Positions 9,641 to 18,531 of a DNA stretch of 64,000 nt are shown in pieces (the first letter of the stretch is position 1; each line of letters starts with the position of its first letter). The notes under the pieces are model-generated. The model worked only from the letters and a program-made list of their open reading frames with translations, made no database searches and was not told where the DNA came from. Position numbers and translations under genes: made by a program. Source of the stretch: Dehalococcoidia bacterium (GTDB taxonomy: Bacteria; Chloroflexota; Dehalococcoidia; Lucifugimonadales; UBA3495); contig OY730415.1 of NCBI GenBank assembly GCA_963422635.1, positions 1,073,231-1,137,230 on the forward strand. The letters are read 5' to 3'.

Positions 9641-10297
9641 GTGGACCGGCATTGGTTGTGGCGGGCTGATTGCGATTTTGTCGGCGTCATTGCCATTGGG
9701 ACCTTGATTTCGAAGTTAACCCAAAAGCCCGCGCCGACTAATGCGCAAGCTGATTGGGACGGTTCCGACGTGGTGGTAACTTGGGACCCTGTGGAAGAGG
9801 CCAACGGCTACACCGCATATCACCGCCGTTCCGCTTCTGCTCAATGCCAACTGACAGAAGGGGGGAACCCCGATTCTGCAACAAACTGGGTTCTGTAACT
9901 GACACGGAATACCGCCACGCTATCCCGAGCCTGGATGATAACTACTACTGGGTGGTGGCCTGCGCCGCCGTCGGCTACCCCTACGCCCACGCCGCCGCCG
10001 ACGGCTACGCCCACGCCGACCCCGCCGCCGTCGATGTCTGAATTTAATGCCGCCTCAGTGGCGGAACAGGAGGAAATGCTGGGCCGGGCTACTGTATGTA
10101 TTCAAGGTTTGGAGTTGCGGCAGGACGAATTTTGCGCGGTTGAATCGCAGACGACTCTGGTAGCCCATTTACTCAACGGACAAGGTTCGATAGTTGATGG
10201 CAGATCGGTTATTCAAGCTGGGAAAGGCATTTCAATGGGATGGATAACATTAGAGCGGCAAGGGGTTGTTTGGGTTATCACTCACCTTGACCCGTAG
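9641..10297 (+). pseudogene. secreted or anchored protein with an FN3-like module and a PT-rich linker; frame-broken
   Basis: The sense reading jumps frame 2 -> 1 -> 2: ...VVVTWDPVEEANGYTAYH... / ...FCNKLGSVTDTEYRHAIPSLDDNYYWVVAC / PTPTPPPTATPTPTPPPS.... The first break is next to a 6-G run at 9860-9865. Confidence 0.4.
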
Positions 10298-10418
10298 CTA
10301 TAGGTGGGGCGTTCTCGCTTAACTGGGGAGGGGGGTGGGTAGTAAGGAGTTAGGCTGGTTAGCAAGGTTGCAGCAAGAGGGTGTTGTTAGCGGCTTGTTG
10401 TTGCCAACGGAGAGGTAA

Positions 10419-11135
10419 ATGGACATCCAAATCTGCGCCTACTGCGGTGGCATAAGTCGAGAATTATCCAACTTTTGCGTCTATTGCGGCGGCTCCCTGG
10501 CCGAAGCCCCCTACCGTTTGGCGGGTTATGGGCGCCGGGCCCTTTCCTCGTTGCTGGACGCTTTGCTGGTTGGAATATGCGTGCCGCTAGGCGTTGTAGC
10601 CGGCGTTGCGTTGTTGTGGTTAGGAGTGTCAGAGTGGGGATGGCTTGACGACTCGGATTATGCGAATGGATGGTTCGTGCTGGGGCTGCTATTTGTTGTT
10701 GCTTGGATTGGCGCATTCATTGGCTCAGCTGTTGGGGCGATTGGGATAAGTTGCAACCGGCGGGGGCAGACGCCCGGCAAAAGGTTGCTGGGAATAAGAG
10801 TGATAACAAAGGCGGGAGCCGCTCCCGGGCGGTGGAGTATGTTGGCCCGCGAGGCCGGCTTAAAGTTTTTGCTAATAACGCTTTCGGGTTTTCTATTTAT
10901 CCAGCTAGCCCTAGATCTATGGCTAGGGCGGCTATGGCTAGGGCTAAGGCCAGAGCTACCGCCAGGGGTAGAACTACCGCTACGGCTAACGCTAGAGCTA
11001 ATACTATGGCTAACGCTAGAGCTAATGCTGCTGCTAACGCTAGTAGTGGATTTTTTGTGGCCGCTGTGGGACAAAAATAATCAAACGCTGCATGATAAAA
11101 TTGTTGGCACGCTGGTGGTTCAGGTCAAGAATTAG
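10419..11135 (+). CDS. RDD-family membrane protein with an N-terminal zinc ribbon
   Basis: CAYCGG...CVYCGG at the N-terminus, several TM segments, and the C-terminal ...QTLHDKIVGTLVV typical of RDD domains. Confidence 0.7.
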   Translation: MDIQICAYCGGISRELSNFCVYCGGSLAEAPYRLAGYGRRALSSLLDALLVGICVPLGVVAGVALLWLGVSEWGWLDDSDYANGWFVLGLLFVVAWIGAFIGSAVGAIGISCNRRGQTPGKRLLGIRVITKAGAAPGRWSMLAREAGLKFLLITLSGFLFIQLALDLWLGRLWLGLRPELPPGVELPLRLTLELILWLTLELMLLLTLVVDFLWPLWDKNNQTLHDKIVGTLVVQVKN

Positions 11136-11891
11136 AAGCTAAAGCGCCCTTCCCGTATCGCTTGCGCTTTATTAACCATCCGCTTCAATCACCCCCTTTT
11201 CAGTAAAGTTTGGCAATGACCGAATGCCTCGAAAATTCTGCTGGAGCGGCGCTTGATGTAGATCTGGTAGTCATCGGCCGGCGCCCAGCTGACCATGCTG
11301 CCCGCTCCTCAACCTGGGCCTCTGCTGGGAGGAGGGAAGACTGCGGTTTTACGACCTGGTTGCCGGGAATACCGGCCGAACTTCAACGTTAACCAGCCGA
11401 GGCGCGTATCCGTGAACCGGAAGCGCAGCTGCGCCGCCGCCAGGACCGGTGAGCGGTTTGCCGACCGGGGTTGACGCTCAGTATTGGGGGCGGTTCGGGA
11501 ATAATCAACCGGGTAGGCAGTCAGCGGCGGCGAGACGGGAGAAATAACTAAATAAGGTCAGTATTAGTGGCAAGCAAAGGTATAGGGCGCCCTTCGGGAT
11601 CCAGCGACAGATTGAGGACGAGTTGGATGACGGGCAGATGCTTGACCGCCCCGGCGGCAAAGGACGTTTCGGTATCGATGGGCTGAAAGGCGCCCCTCAA
11701 TGGGTGAAACCGGCTTTGAAACAAGCGATACCGGCCAGTCCGAAGAGCTGCGCCGGACGGAATGGCGAACGCCACGAACTCCCTGGTCGGGACTATTGGC
11801 AACAGACTGGGGTCAGCAAAAGTTGAACGAGTAAGTTACCCGTCCAACCTGAACCTCAATACAGAGGCTCCCGATTTGCATAACTTGCTTG

Positions 11892-11968
11892 TGGTGGGCC
11901 TGGATGGACTCGAACCAACGACCTCGGTCTTATCAGGACCGCGCTCTAACCGCCTGAGCTACAGGCCC
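11892..11968 (-). tRNA. tRNA-Ile (anticodon GAU), CCA encoded
   Basis: Hand-folded cloverleaf. Acceptor GGGCCTG/CAGGCCC, anticodon arm CGGTC-CTGATAA-GACCG, T-loop TTCGAGT. One U-U mismatch in the T stem. Confidence 0.85.
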
Positions 11969-12094
11969 ACGGGGGGGGCAACCAACCGTCAAGGCTGACT
12001 GCTTCACCTCCATTATACCAAGCTCAACCCCGGCAATCAAGGATTCCCGCCGACGGGCGTAGCGCCGATTTTTACAAACCCGCCCACCTCTTGC

Positions 12095-13363
12095 CTACCC
12101 CGTCCCTGGGACATCGAGGGTCGGGCCGTCGCCGCCCCGGTCGGGAAAATCATCGCCCCCAACAACATTTGACGCCGGCGCCTCGCGCCGGCTGGGCTGG
12201 GCGCGAGGTCGGGAACTAGAATGAGCGCGGGGCGCCGGCGTCGCCGGTCTCGCCAACCCTTCGCCCCGCAACATCGCTTCCGGCTGCCAGTTCCCGGGAA
12301 GGTTCAGCGTCCGCATAGGGTAGTTGATAACGATGTTCTCTTCCCGGAATCGCTGATGTAATCGCTGAATTAAGGCCGAGCGCAGGTCAAACCCGGCTAT
12401 CCGGTCCCGGGCTTGCACGAACAGATAAAAATCGACGTTGGAATCATCAAAGTTCTCGAAGCCGAAATAGGCCCCGTACTCCTTCACCGCCCGGGGATCC
12501 GTTGCCAGCAGATCGGCCATAACCTCCTGACACACCCGCTCCACCAGGAAAAGGTCGCTTTCGTAGCTGACGCCGCAGGTTAGGTAAAGGTTGACCGCCG
12601 GAACTGGTCCTTGATAGTTGGTGATGATGGTTTCCGCGAAGCGCGAATTGGGAATTATCACCAGGTTGTTAGTCCAGGTGCGCAGGCGAGTGCTGCGCCA
12701 ACTGACATCCTGAACATAGCCGGCAATCCCGTTATCCAGCTCAATATAATCGCCGGTATTTACCACCCCCTCGGTCATCACATAGGTTCCGGCGAAAAGA
12801 TTTGCCAGAGTGGGTTGCAAAGCCAGGGCTACCGCCAGGCCGCTCAAGCCTAGCCCGGCGATGAGGGGGCTGATGTTGATGTTCAGCAAGTCCAGGGCCA
12901 GCAGGGCGCCCAGCCCATAAATCAGAGCCAGGGTAATCCGGCGCAACATCGGGATGAGCCGGTCGTCCAGGCTGGTTTCGGTGCGCGGCGAGACTACCTC
13001 GATGTACCACTTAAACGTATTGGAAACGGCCAGGGATACGGCAGCAACGCCCAGAATAACTGCGAAAATTCCGGCAATCCGATCGGTCAGCGTTTGCAAA
13101 GTAGAGGGCAGGTCATAGGGCAGGGTGACCGACAGATAGACCCCTAATAACACGATGCTCAGGGACAGAGGCTTGTGAAAGGCTTGCGCCAAGCGGGTGT
13201 CCAGGTTGGTAGGCGTCCACCGGGTAAGCCGCAGAACGAGCGGATAGATGAGGTAGTTAGAAATCAGGGCCAGAATTACCCCAATGGCAAAGATAACCAC
13301 CGAGGACAGGCCCAGCCCCAGCGGGCCATCCAGTCCAAAGCGAGCCAATAAGGACTCAATCAA
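12095..13363 (-). CDS. mechanosensitive ion channel (MscS family)
   Basis: N-terminal TM helices followed by the ...GDYIELDNGIAGYVQDVSWRSTRLRT..N..VIIPNS beta-domain signature. Confidence 0.85.
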   Translation of the reverse strand: MIESLLARFGLDGPLGLGLSSVVIFAIGVILALISNYLIYPLVLRLTRWTPTNLDTRLAQAFHKPLSLSIVLLGVYLSVTLPYDLPSTLQTLTDRIAGIFAVILGVAAVSLAVSNTFKWYIEVVSPRTETSLDDRLIPMLRRITLALIYGLGALLALDLLNINISPLIAGLGLSGLAVALALQPTLANLFAGTYVMTEGVVNTGDYIELDNGIAGYVQDVSWRSTRLRTWTNNLVIIPNSRFAETIITNYQGPVPAVNLYLTCGVSYESDLFLVERVCQEVMADLLATDPRAVKEYGAYFGFENFDDSNVDFYLFVQARDRIAGFDLRSALIQRLHQRFREENIVINYPMRTLNLPGNWQPEAMLRGEGLARPATPAPRAHSSSRPRAQPSRREAPASNVVGGDDFPDRGGDGPTLDVPGTG

Positions 13364-13516
13364 CTGATGCCGCTCCGCCGATAGTCGGTTCCATTAATTC
13401 GAGCAGTTACAAGGGTTTTGCGCCGCCTGCCGGAGAGCCCGGCGGGGAGTTAAACCGCGCTGGGTTGAATCGTAAAGGGCAACCCCGGCGGCAGCTCCGG
13501 TAGCCACCAGGATGTT

Positions 13517-14002
13517 CTAGCCGGTTCTAGCCGGTTCAGCCCGGTTCGGTTGCCGGCATCCGGAACACCAGCCGTAAAAATCCACCCGCTGGGAGGCTAC
13601 CTGAAAGTCGGACTCTTGAGTTACCAAGTCCAAAATCTCCGACACCGTTTCATCCCCCACGTCGGCGTCCACCACCAGACTGCAACCGACGCAGACCAGG
13701 TTGGCGTGGGGCGATAGGTTGGCGTCGTAGCGGGAAAGACGCTGGAAGGGCAGCTCCCGGACGATGCCAACCTGCTCCAGCACATCCAGCGTGGAGTAGA
13801 CGGTGGCGATGGTAACGTAGGGGAAGAAGGCCCTTACGCGTTCGTAAATGTCCTTGACCGATGGATGATCCGCCGAGTTTACCACCACTTCCGCAATCGC
13901 CAACCGCTGCGGGGTCAAACGCAGACCCAACGGCCTTAACTTGGCAACCAGTTCCTCTTGGGTCGTCACTAAGTCCTCTCCGTACCGGTGGGATGAAGTC
14001 AA
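13517..14002 (-). CDS. Fur-family transcriptional regulator
   Basis: LTPQRLAIAEVV...HPSVKDIYERV wHTH region plus CVGC...CSGC metal-site cysteines. Confidence 0.85.
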   Translation of the reverse strand: MTSSHRYGEDLVTTQEELVAKLRPLGLRLTPQRLAIAEVVVNSADHPSVKDIYERVRAFFPYVTIATVYSTLDVLEQVGIVRELPFQRLSRYDANLSPHANLVCVGCSLVVDADVGDETVSEILDLVTQESDFQVASQRVDFYGWCSGCRQPNRAEPARTG

Positions 14003-14167
14003 CCCAGCCGGACGCCGTTTCAGGGCCGGGCCGGGCTGCTTGTATTATAACACGGCTTGCCAAACATCCCGACAAACGTCAAGGCGGTTGTCGGGGCGCG
14101 TCGCTGCGCCGGTTGGAATGCTTATGTAAGGACGGACTTGGTCTTGCCCCCCACCGGCAGGGGTCAG

Positions 14168-14213
14168 GGGAAGCTGTAAGGGCGGGTTTGTAAACCCGCC
14201 CTTACAGCTTCCC
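14168..14213. other. 22-bp perfect hairpin between the NHL and fur-family genes
   Basis: GGGAAGCTGTAAGGGCGGGTTT / AAACCCGCCCTTACAGCTTCCC with a 2-nt gap. No U-run on either strand. Confidence 0.8.
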
Positions 14214-14237
14214 GCCTATTCAGGAACCGCTGGCGGC

Positions 14238-15263
14238 CTACAGGCGGCCCCCGAAGAACACCGGCAGTTGGCGGCGGTAAACTTGAATCCGGGAGCGCGC
14301 CGATTCCACGACAAACACGTTGTCAGCATCGTCCACCGACACTGCGATCGGTCCCCAGAACAGCTTTTCCCGCTCCAGCCCTTGGGCAATGTCCCTTTCC
14401 TGCCACATCTCAGAATTGGCGTCTAGCTTGTCCTTGCCCCATTTGGAGATGACGCCGTCGCCATAGGTCTGGGTAACGTACTTGCCCCGGGAGCTGAACA
14501 CCTGCAACCGGTCGTTGCCCCAGTCGGCCACATAGATGTAACCGTCCCGGTCCACCGCCACCCCGGTGGGATGGTTCAATTCGCCGTCGCCGGTTCCGGC
14601 GACGCCAAGCTTCAGCAGAAACTGCCCGTCCGCGGAAAACTTCTGGATGCGGTCGTTGCGCCAGTCGGCAACGTAAATGTCGCCGTTGCGGTCAACGGCA
14701 ATACCCCAAGGCAGGTTAAATTCGCCATCGCCGCTTCCCTGCCCCCCAAACTGGGACAGGAACTTGCCGTCCCGGGTAAACTTCTGGACTCGGTGGTTCT
14801 CGCTGTCCACCAAATACAGGTTGTCCTCCCGGTCAAAGGCTAAACCGGAAGGGTTGCTGATTTCGCCGTCGGCGGAACCGGGGACGCCCCATTTGCTCAC
14901 ATAGGCGCCGTCGCCGGTGAAAATGGAAATCCGGTTCAGCCACTCGTCGGCCACATAAACGTTGCCTGCCCGGTCCAGGGCGATGGCCGTGGGCCAAATC
15001 AGCGAGCCGTCGGCGGAAGAGGCCTCACCCTCTCCCTGGGCGGTAACGCCCCGAGCAAATTCCCCAACGTAGTCCTCGCCGATGGTGCAGATGGTAACCC
15101 GTTTACCGTCGGGACGGTATTCGTAAGAGCGGTTGACGACGTACATCAGGTCGTCCTCGCCACGGGCCATAGCCACCGGATTGCGGAAGCCGGGGCCGGA
15201 GAACTCCGCCCGCCCGATGGTATGGCTGGGTTGCAGCGTAATTCCAATAATCTGGGTAGTCAT
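14238..15263 (-). CDS. NHL-repeat beta-propeller protein (cassette copy 2)
   Basis: 341-aa paralogue of 868-1872 with the same repeat pattern. Confidence 0.85.
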   Translation of the reverse strand: MTTQIIGITLQPSHTIGRAEFSGPGFRNPVAMARGEDDLMYVVNRSYEYRPDGKRVTICTIGEDYVGEFARGVTAQGEGEASSADGSLIWPTAIALDRAGNVYVADEWLNRISIFTGDGAYVSKWGVPGSADGEISNPSGLAFDREDNLYLVDSENHRVQKFTRDGKFLSQFGGQGSGDGEFNLPWGIAVDRNGDIYVADWRNDRIQKFSADGQFLLKLGVAGTGDGELNHPTGVAVDRDGYIYVADWGNDRLQVFSSRGKYVTQTYGDGVISKWGKDKLDANSEMWQERDIAQGLEREKLFWGPIAVSVDDADNVFVVESARSRIQVYRRQLPVFFGGRL

Positions 15264-15321
15264 TCTGGCCTCCCTAGTTGGCGGTTGCCGGGTTGGAGTT
15301 TGCCCGGTGTTTACCGGGTGT

Positions 15322-16452
15322 TTAGATGAAGTCGAACTGCTCGAAGCTGCCGTTAATCAGGGGCTTGGCGTCTAACCCCATCCACCTTTCCAGAAGCGTG
15401 GCGTAGATGCTGCGGAAGTCGTTGTTGAAGTGCAGGTCGCCTTCCAGCAACTTGTCCGCCGCCAAGGACGGATATTCGCCGTACAGCCCGCCCTTGACCG
15501 CATCGCCGATGACAAAGGCCATGCCGCCGGAGCCGTGGTCGGTGCCGGAGCCGTTGTCGTGAACCCGCCGGCCGAACTCGGTGAACACCAGCAGCGTTAC
15601 GTTGTCGCTGGCGTTATGCTCCTTCAGGTCGTCGTAAAAGTCGCCAACGGCTTGGGAAGTATTCGCCCACAGCTGGGCGTGGGCGGCCAGTTCCCCGGCA
15701 TGCGTATCGAAACTATTGTAGGGCGCCGTGGTATAGAGAACCCGCGCGCCGAACCCGGCCAAGTGCGTCTGGGCGATGTTTCGCATATATTGTCCTACCG
15801 TGTCCGAACCGTACTCCACGGAAGAGGAATACATCTCCGGCGCCGTGCTGAGAATGTCGGCGCCCTTCAGTGCGTCCATACCGGTCTGGGACAGGTAATC
15901 CATCACGCCGCCCCGGCCCATCGCCGGGGCGTAGATGCGAGAGAAGACATCCAAAGCTTCTACCCGCTGGTCGTCGCCGATTCCGGTCAGCACCCCGTAG
16001 GTTGCCAAGTTGCCCACCGAGGCCACCGGCACGCCGGTCAGGGCCAAGGCGCGGGGCAGGCCCCGGCCAAAGTTTACGCCGGTCAACACGTTTTCGGCCT
16101 CCGGGTCTAGCTCCTTGATAACCCGGCCCAGCCAGCCCTCCGTCCCCACCTTGTCCGGTTCGCAGGTATGCCAGATGTCCATGGAGCGGAAATGCGAGCG
16201 GTTGGGGTTGGGATAGCCCACTCCCTGGATAATCGCCAGCTTGCCCTCGTCATAGAGCTTTTTCATCGGCCCCATATTGGGGTTGAGGCCGACGTAATCG
16301 TTGATTTTGAGCGTCTGCTCCTCGGGGATGCGCACCGAAGGGCGGTTGTCGGCATACAGCGGGTCGCCATAAGGCACTACGGTGTTCAGCGCATCGTTTC
16401 CCCCGGAGAGTTGCAACACCACCAGTACCGGGTCTTTCTTGATTGAAGTCAT
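15322..16452 (-). CDS. DUF1501 family protein (cassette copy 2)
   Basis: 376-aa paralogue of 2005-3141 with the same motifs (SHFRSMDIWHT, TEFGRRVHDNGSGTDHG). Confidence 0.85.
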   Translation of the reverse strand: MTSIKKDPVLVVLQLSGGNDALNTVVPYGDPLYADNRPSVRIPEEQTLKINDYVGLNPNMGPMKKLYDEGKLAIIQGVGYPNPNRSHFRSMDIWHTCEPDKVGTEGWLGRVIKELDPEAENVLTGVNFGRGLPRALALTGVPVASVGNLATYGVLTGIGDDQRVEALDVFSRIYAPAMGRGGVMDYLSQTGMDALKGADILSTAPEMYSSSVEYGSDTVGQYMRNIAQTHLAGFGARVLYTTAPYNSFDTHAGELAAHAQLWANTSQAVGDFYDDLKEHNASDNVTLLVFTEFGRRVHDNGSGTDHGSGGMAFVIGDAVKGGLYGEYPSLAADKLLEGDLHFNNDFRSIYATLLERWMGLDAKPLINGSFEQFDFI

Positions 16453-16677
16453 AACCTTTCCTCCTCTACCTCATGAAACCGGCAGTCCCCTCGGGCCGAG
16501 CCGGTTGAACCATCAACGGAAACCCTTCGACCCGCTCTGTTTAACCGCCCTGGTTGAACGGAGCGATGGGCGCTTGAAGGTAACGGAAGGCTCCTCGCTA
16601 GCCTCTGGGGGGCGACGTTGTCCGCCAAGTACGCCGTCAACCCGCCGCAAGGCTACCCGCTAGCGGGGGCTCGACCC

Positions 16678-18126
16678 TTAAGCGAACTGGTACTCCTGGG
16701 TGGACACAATCAACTGAAGCGTCTGGCCTACCCGCTGGGAAAAGTCCGCGGCGCTGGGTCGCAGCTCGCCGCCGCGACCCAGGTGCTCCACCAGTTGGGC
16801 GCGGGTCGCCTCGGCCAGTTCATAGGCGCCCAGCAATTCCAGGCAACGATCCACCAAGTCCTCGGCGGATACGGCGGCGGAACCATTGGAACCGTTGGAA
16901 CCATTGGAACCGTTGGAACCACTATCGGAACTGACCCGTTCCACGATGTGGCGCACCCCGGGAAGCTCCAGGTTGCCCAACTGGTCGGCGGCGAAGTTGA
17001 TGCGCTCCACCAAGGTTCCGCTGTCAATCCACTCGCCGCCGGTATGCCAGCCCTCCACCGTGGGGGGATTCATCAGGTCCTGGCCCATATAGCGGATGGT
17101 CATTGCCAAGTTATGCAGGCCGGGCTTGGGGGCGGTGAAGTCCTGTACCAGCCGCATAGTTCCGACTACCGCCTCCGCCGGACTCTTGACCTTGGCAAAG
17201 CGGGCATTCTTGAAGAAGTCGGAGTTGAAGAGAAGCCGCAGCATAGAGCCGATGTTATAGCCGGAGCGGAAGTATTCCTCCTCCAGCATCCGGATGGCTT
17301 CTAGGTCTCGGGGCGGGGTGTTCTGCCAGGCGGGAACCTGCGGCTCGTCGGCCACGAAGAAGTTATACAAGTGGCGGGCGACGAATCGAGCGGTGGCTGG
17401 CCGCTTCACGATAATGTCGATTACGTCAGCGCCGTCCCAGCGGCCGGTTTCGCCCAGAAAGGTTTTGTCGGCGTCGTCATGGTCGGCCTGGTTGTAAACG
17501 AAGTTGGCTTCATAACGGCCATAGGGATAACGGGGAATGGCATTGGTGATAGTCCAGCCGGTAAAGGCTCGGGCGCATTCCTTAACGTCGTCCTCCGAAT
17601 AGTTGGCCGCGCCGTCCATCCCCACGCCCATGGAGAAGAGTTCCAGCAGTTCCCGCCCCCAGTTTTCGTTGATGGCGTCCCGGCGACTCATACAGTTGTC
17701 CAGGTAAAACACCATCGACGGGTCGGCGGCCAAACCCAGTAGCAGGTCGCGAAAGCTGCCCAATCCCTGATTGCGGAACATATCCACCTGAAGCTTTATC
17801 TGCCGTCCGTGTTCGCACTTGGAATTGCCGGTGCAGAAGATGCCGTGCCAGAAGAGGGCTATTTTCTCCTCCAGGGGCCGGCGAGTGTTAATCATCCGAT
17901 AGGTCCAGTAAGCTTGATTGACCTCCAGAGCATTCAGCTCCTTCCAGTCAATAAAGCGGCGCTCCAGAATATCGGTTTCCAGGTTGGGTTGGTTTTCCGG
18001 GTGCAGCAAATCCTCTACCGTGGCCGCATACCCTTGGGCGACCTTCTGCTCCAGTTCTTGATAGGTAGCGCCGAAACCGGCCCGGCGCATCAGGTGAGCC
18101 ATCAATGCGATGTCCTTGTTCGCCAT
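16678..18126 (-). CDS. DUF1800 family protein (cassette copy 2)
   Basis: 482-aa paralogue of 3164-4588 (MANKDIALMAHLMRRAGFGA...). Carries an extra GSNGSNGSNGSNGS insert. Confidence 0.85.
   Translation of the reverse strand: MANKDIALMAHLMRRAGFGATYQELEQKVAQGYAATVEDLLHPENQPNLETDILERRFIDWKELNALEVNQAYWTYRMINTRRPLEEKIALFWHGIFCTGNSKCEHGRQIKLQVDMFRNQGLGSFRDLLLGLAADPSMVFYLDNCMSRRDAINENWGRELLELFSMGVGMDGAANYSEDDVKECARAFTGWTITNAIPRYPYGRYEANFVYNQADHDDADKTFLGETGRWDGADVIDIIVKRPATARFVARHLYNFFVADEPQVPAWQNTPPRDLEAIRMLEEEYFRSGYNIGSMLRLLFNSDFFKNARFAKVKSPAEAVVGTMRLVQDFTAPKPGLHNLAMTIRYMGQDLMNPPTVEGWHTGGEWIDSGTLVERINFAADQLGNLELPGVRHIVERVSSDSGSNGSNGSNGSNGSAAVSAEDLVDRCLELLGAYELAEATRAQLVEHLGRGGELRPSAADFSQRVGQTLQLIVSTQEYQFA
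16879..16920. repeat. 9-bp in-frame tandem repeat (GGAACCRTT x about 4.7) encoding (GSN)n
   Basis: Read directly. Lies inside the DUF1800 copy 2 gene and is absent from copy 1. Confidence 0.9.
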
Positions 18127-18531
18127 TTTGTTCCTCCTTCCCTGGTTTTATGCTCCGCGGTTGCCATTTTTGACCAAGTTGCCGGATAATCCGGCGGCGG
18201 CTATCCGCAACTGGATTCTATCTTGGAATGATTATCGCTATACTAATCATCGGCAGTATAGGTGTCAAGGCGTCAAGTCCTTGAGGTTAACCAGCAACAT
18301 TACGCACTACCGGGCATATAAGTGTCGCTTTACGGCTAAAAATGCTATTTCAGAAACATAAATCGTATTAACTTGGGACAACCTGGTTGCCCCGCCAGGT
18401 CGTCGTCGAGTTGTCTTGGTATCCATCCCCTCCCGTCTTGTCCCCTATCAGCAAGAATGTTACCTTACTGGCAAGCAAGTTCAAGTTAAGAAGCCCAGCC
18501 CGGCCAACCATCAAACTAGGGGATGATTTTT

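Noticed and set aside
13517-13556. 10-bp tandem repeat (CTAGCCGGTT) at the stop codon of the fur-family gene
   Set aside because: There are only two exact copies plus degenerate ones, with no evident consequence beyond possibly shifting the stop by a few codons. Too weak to report as a finding.
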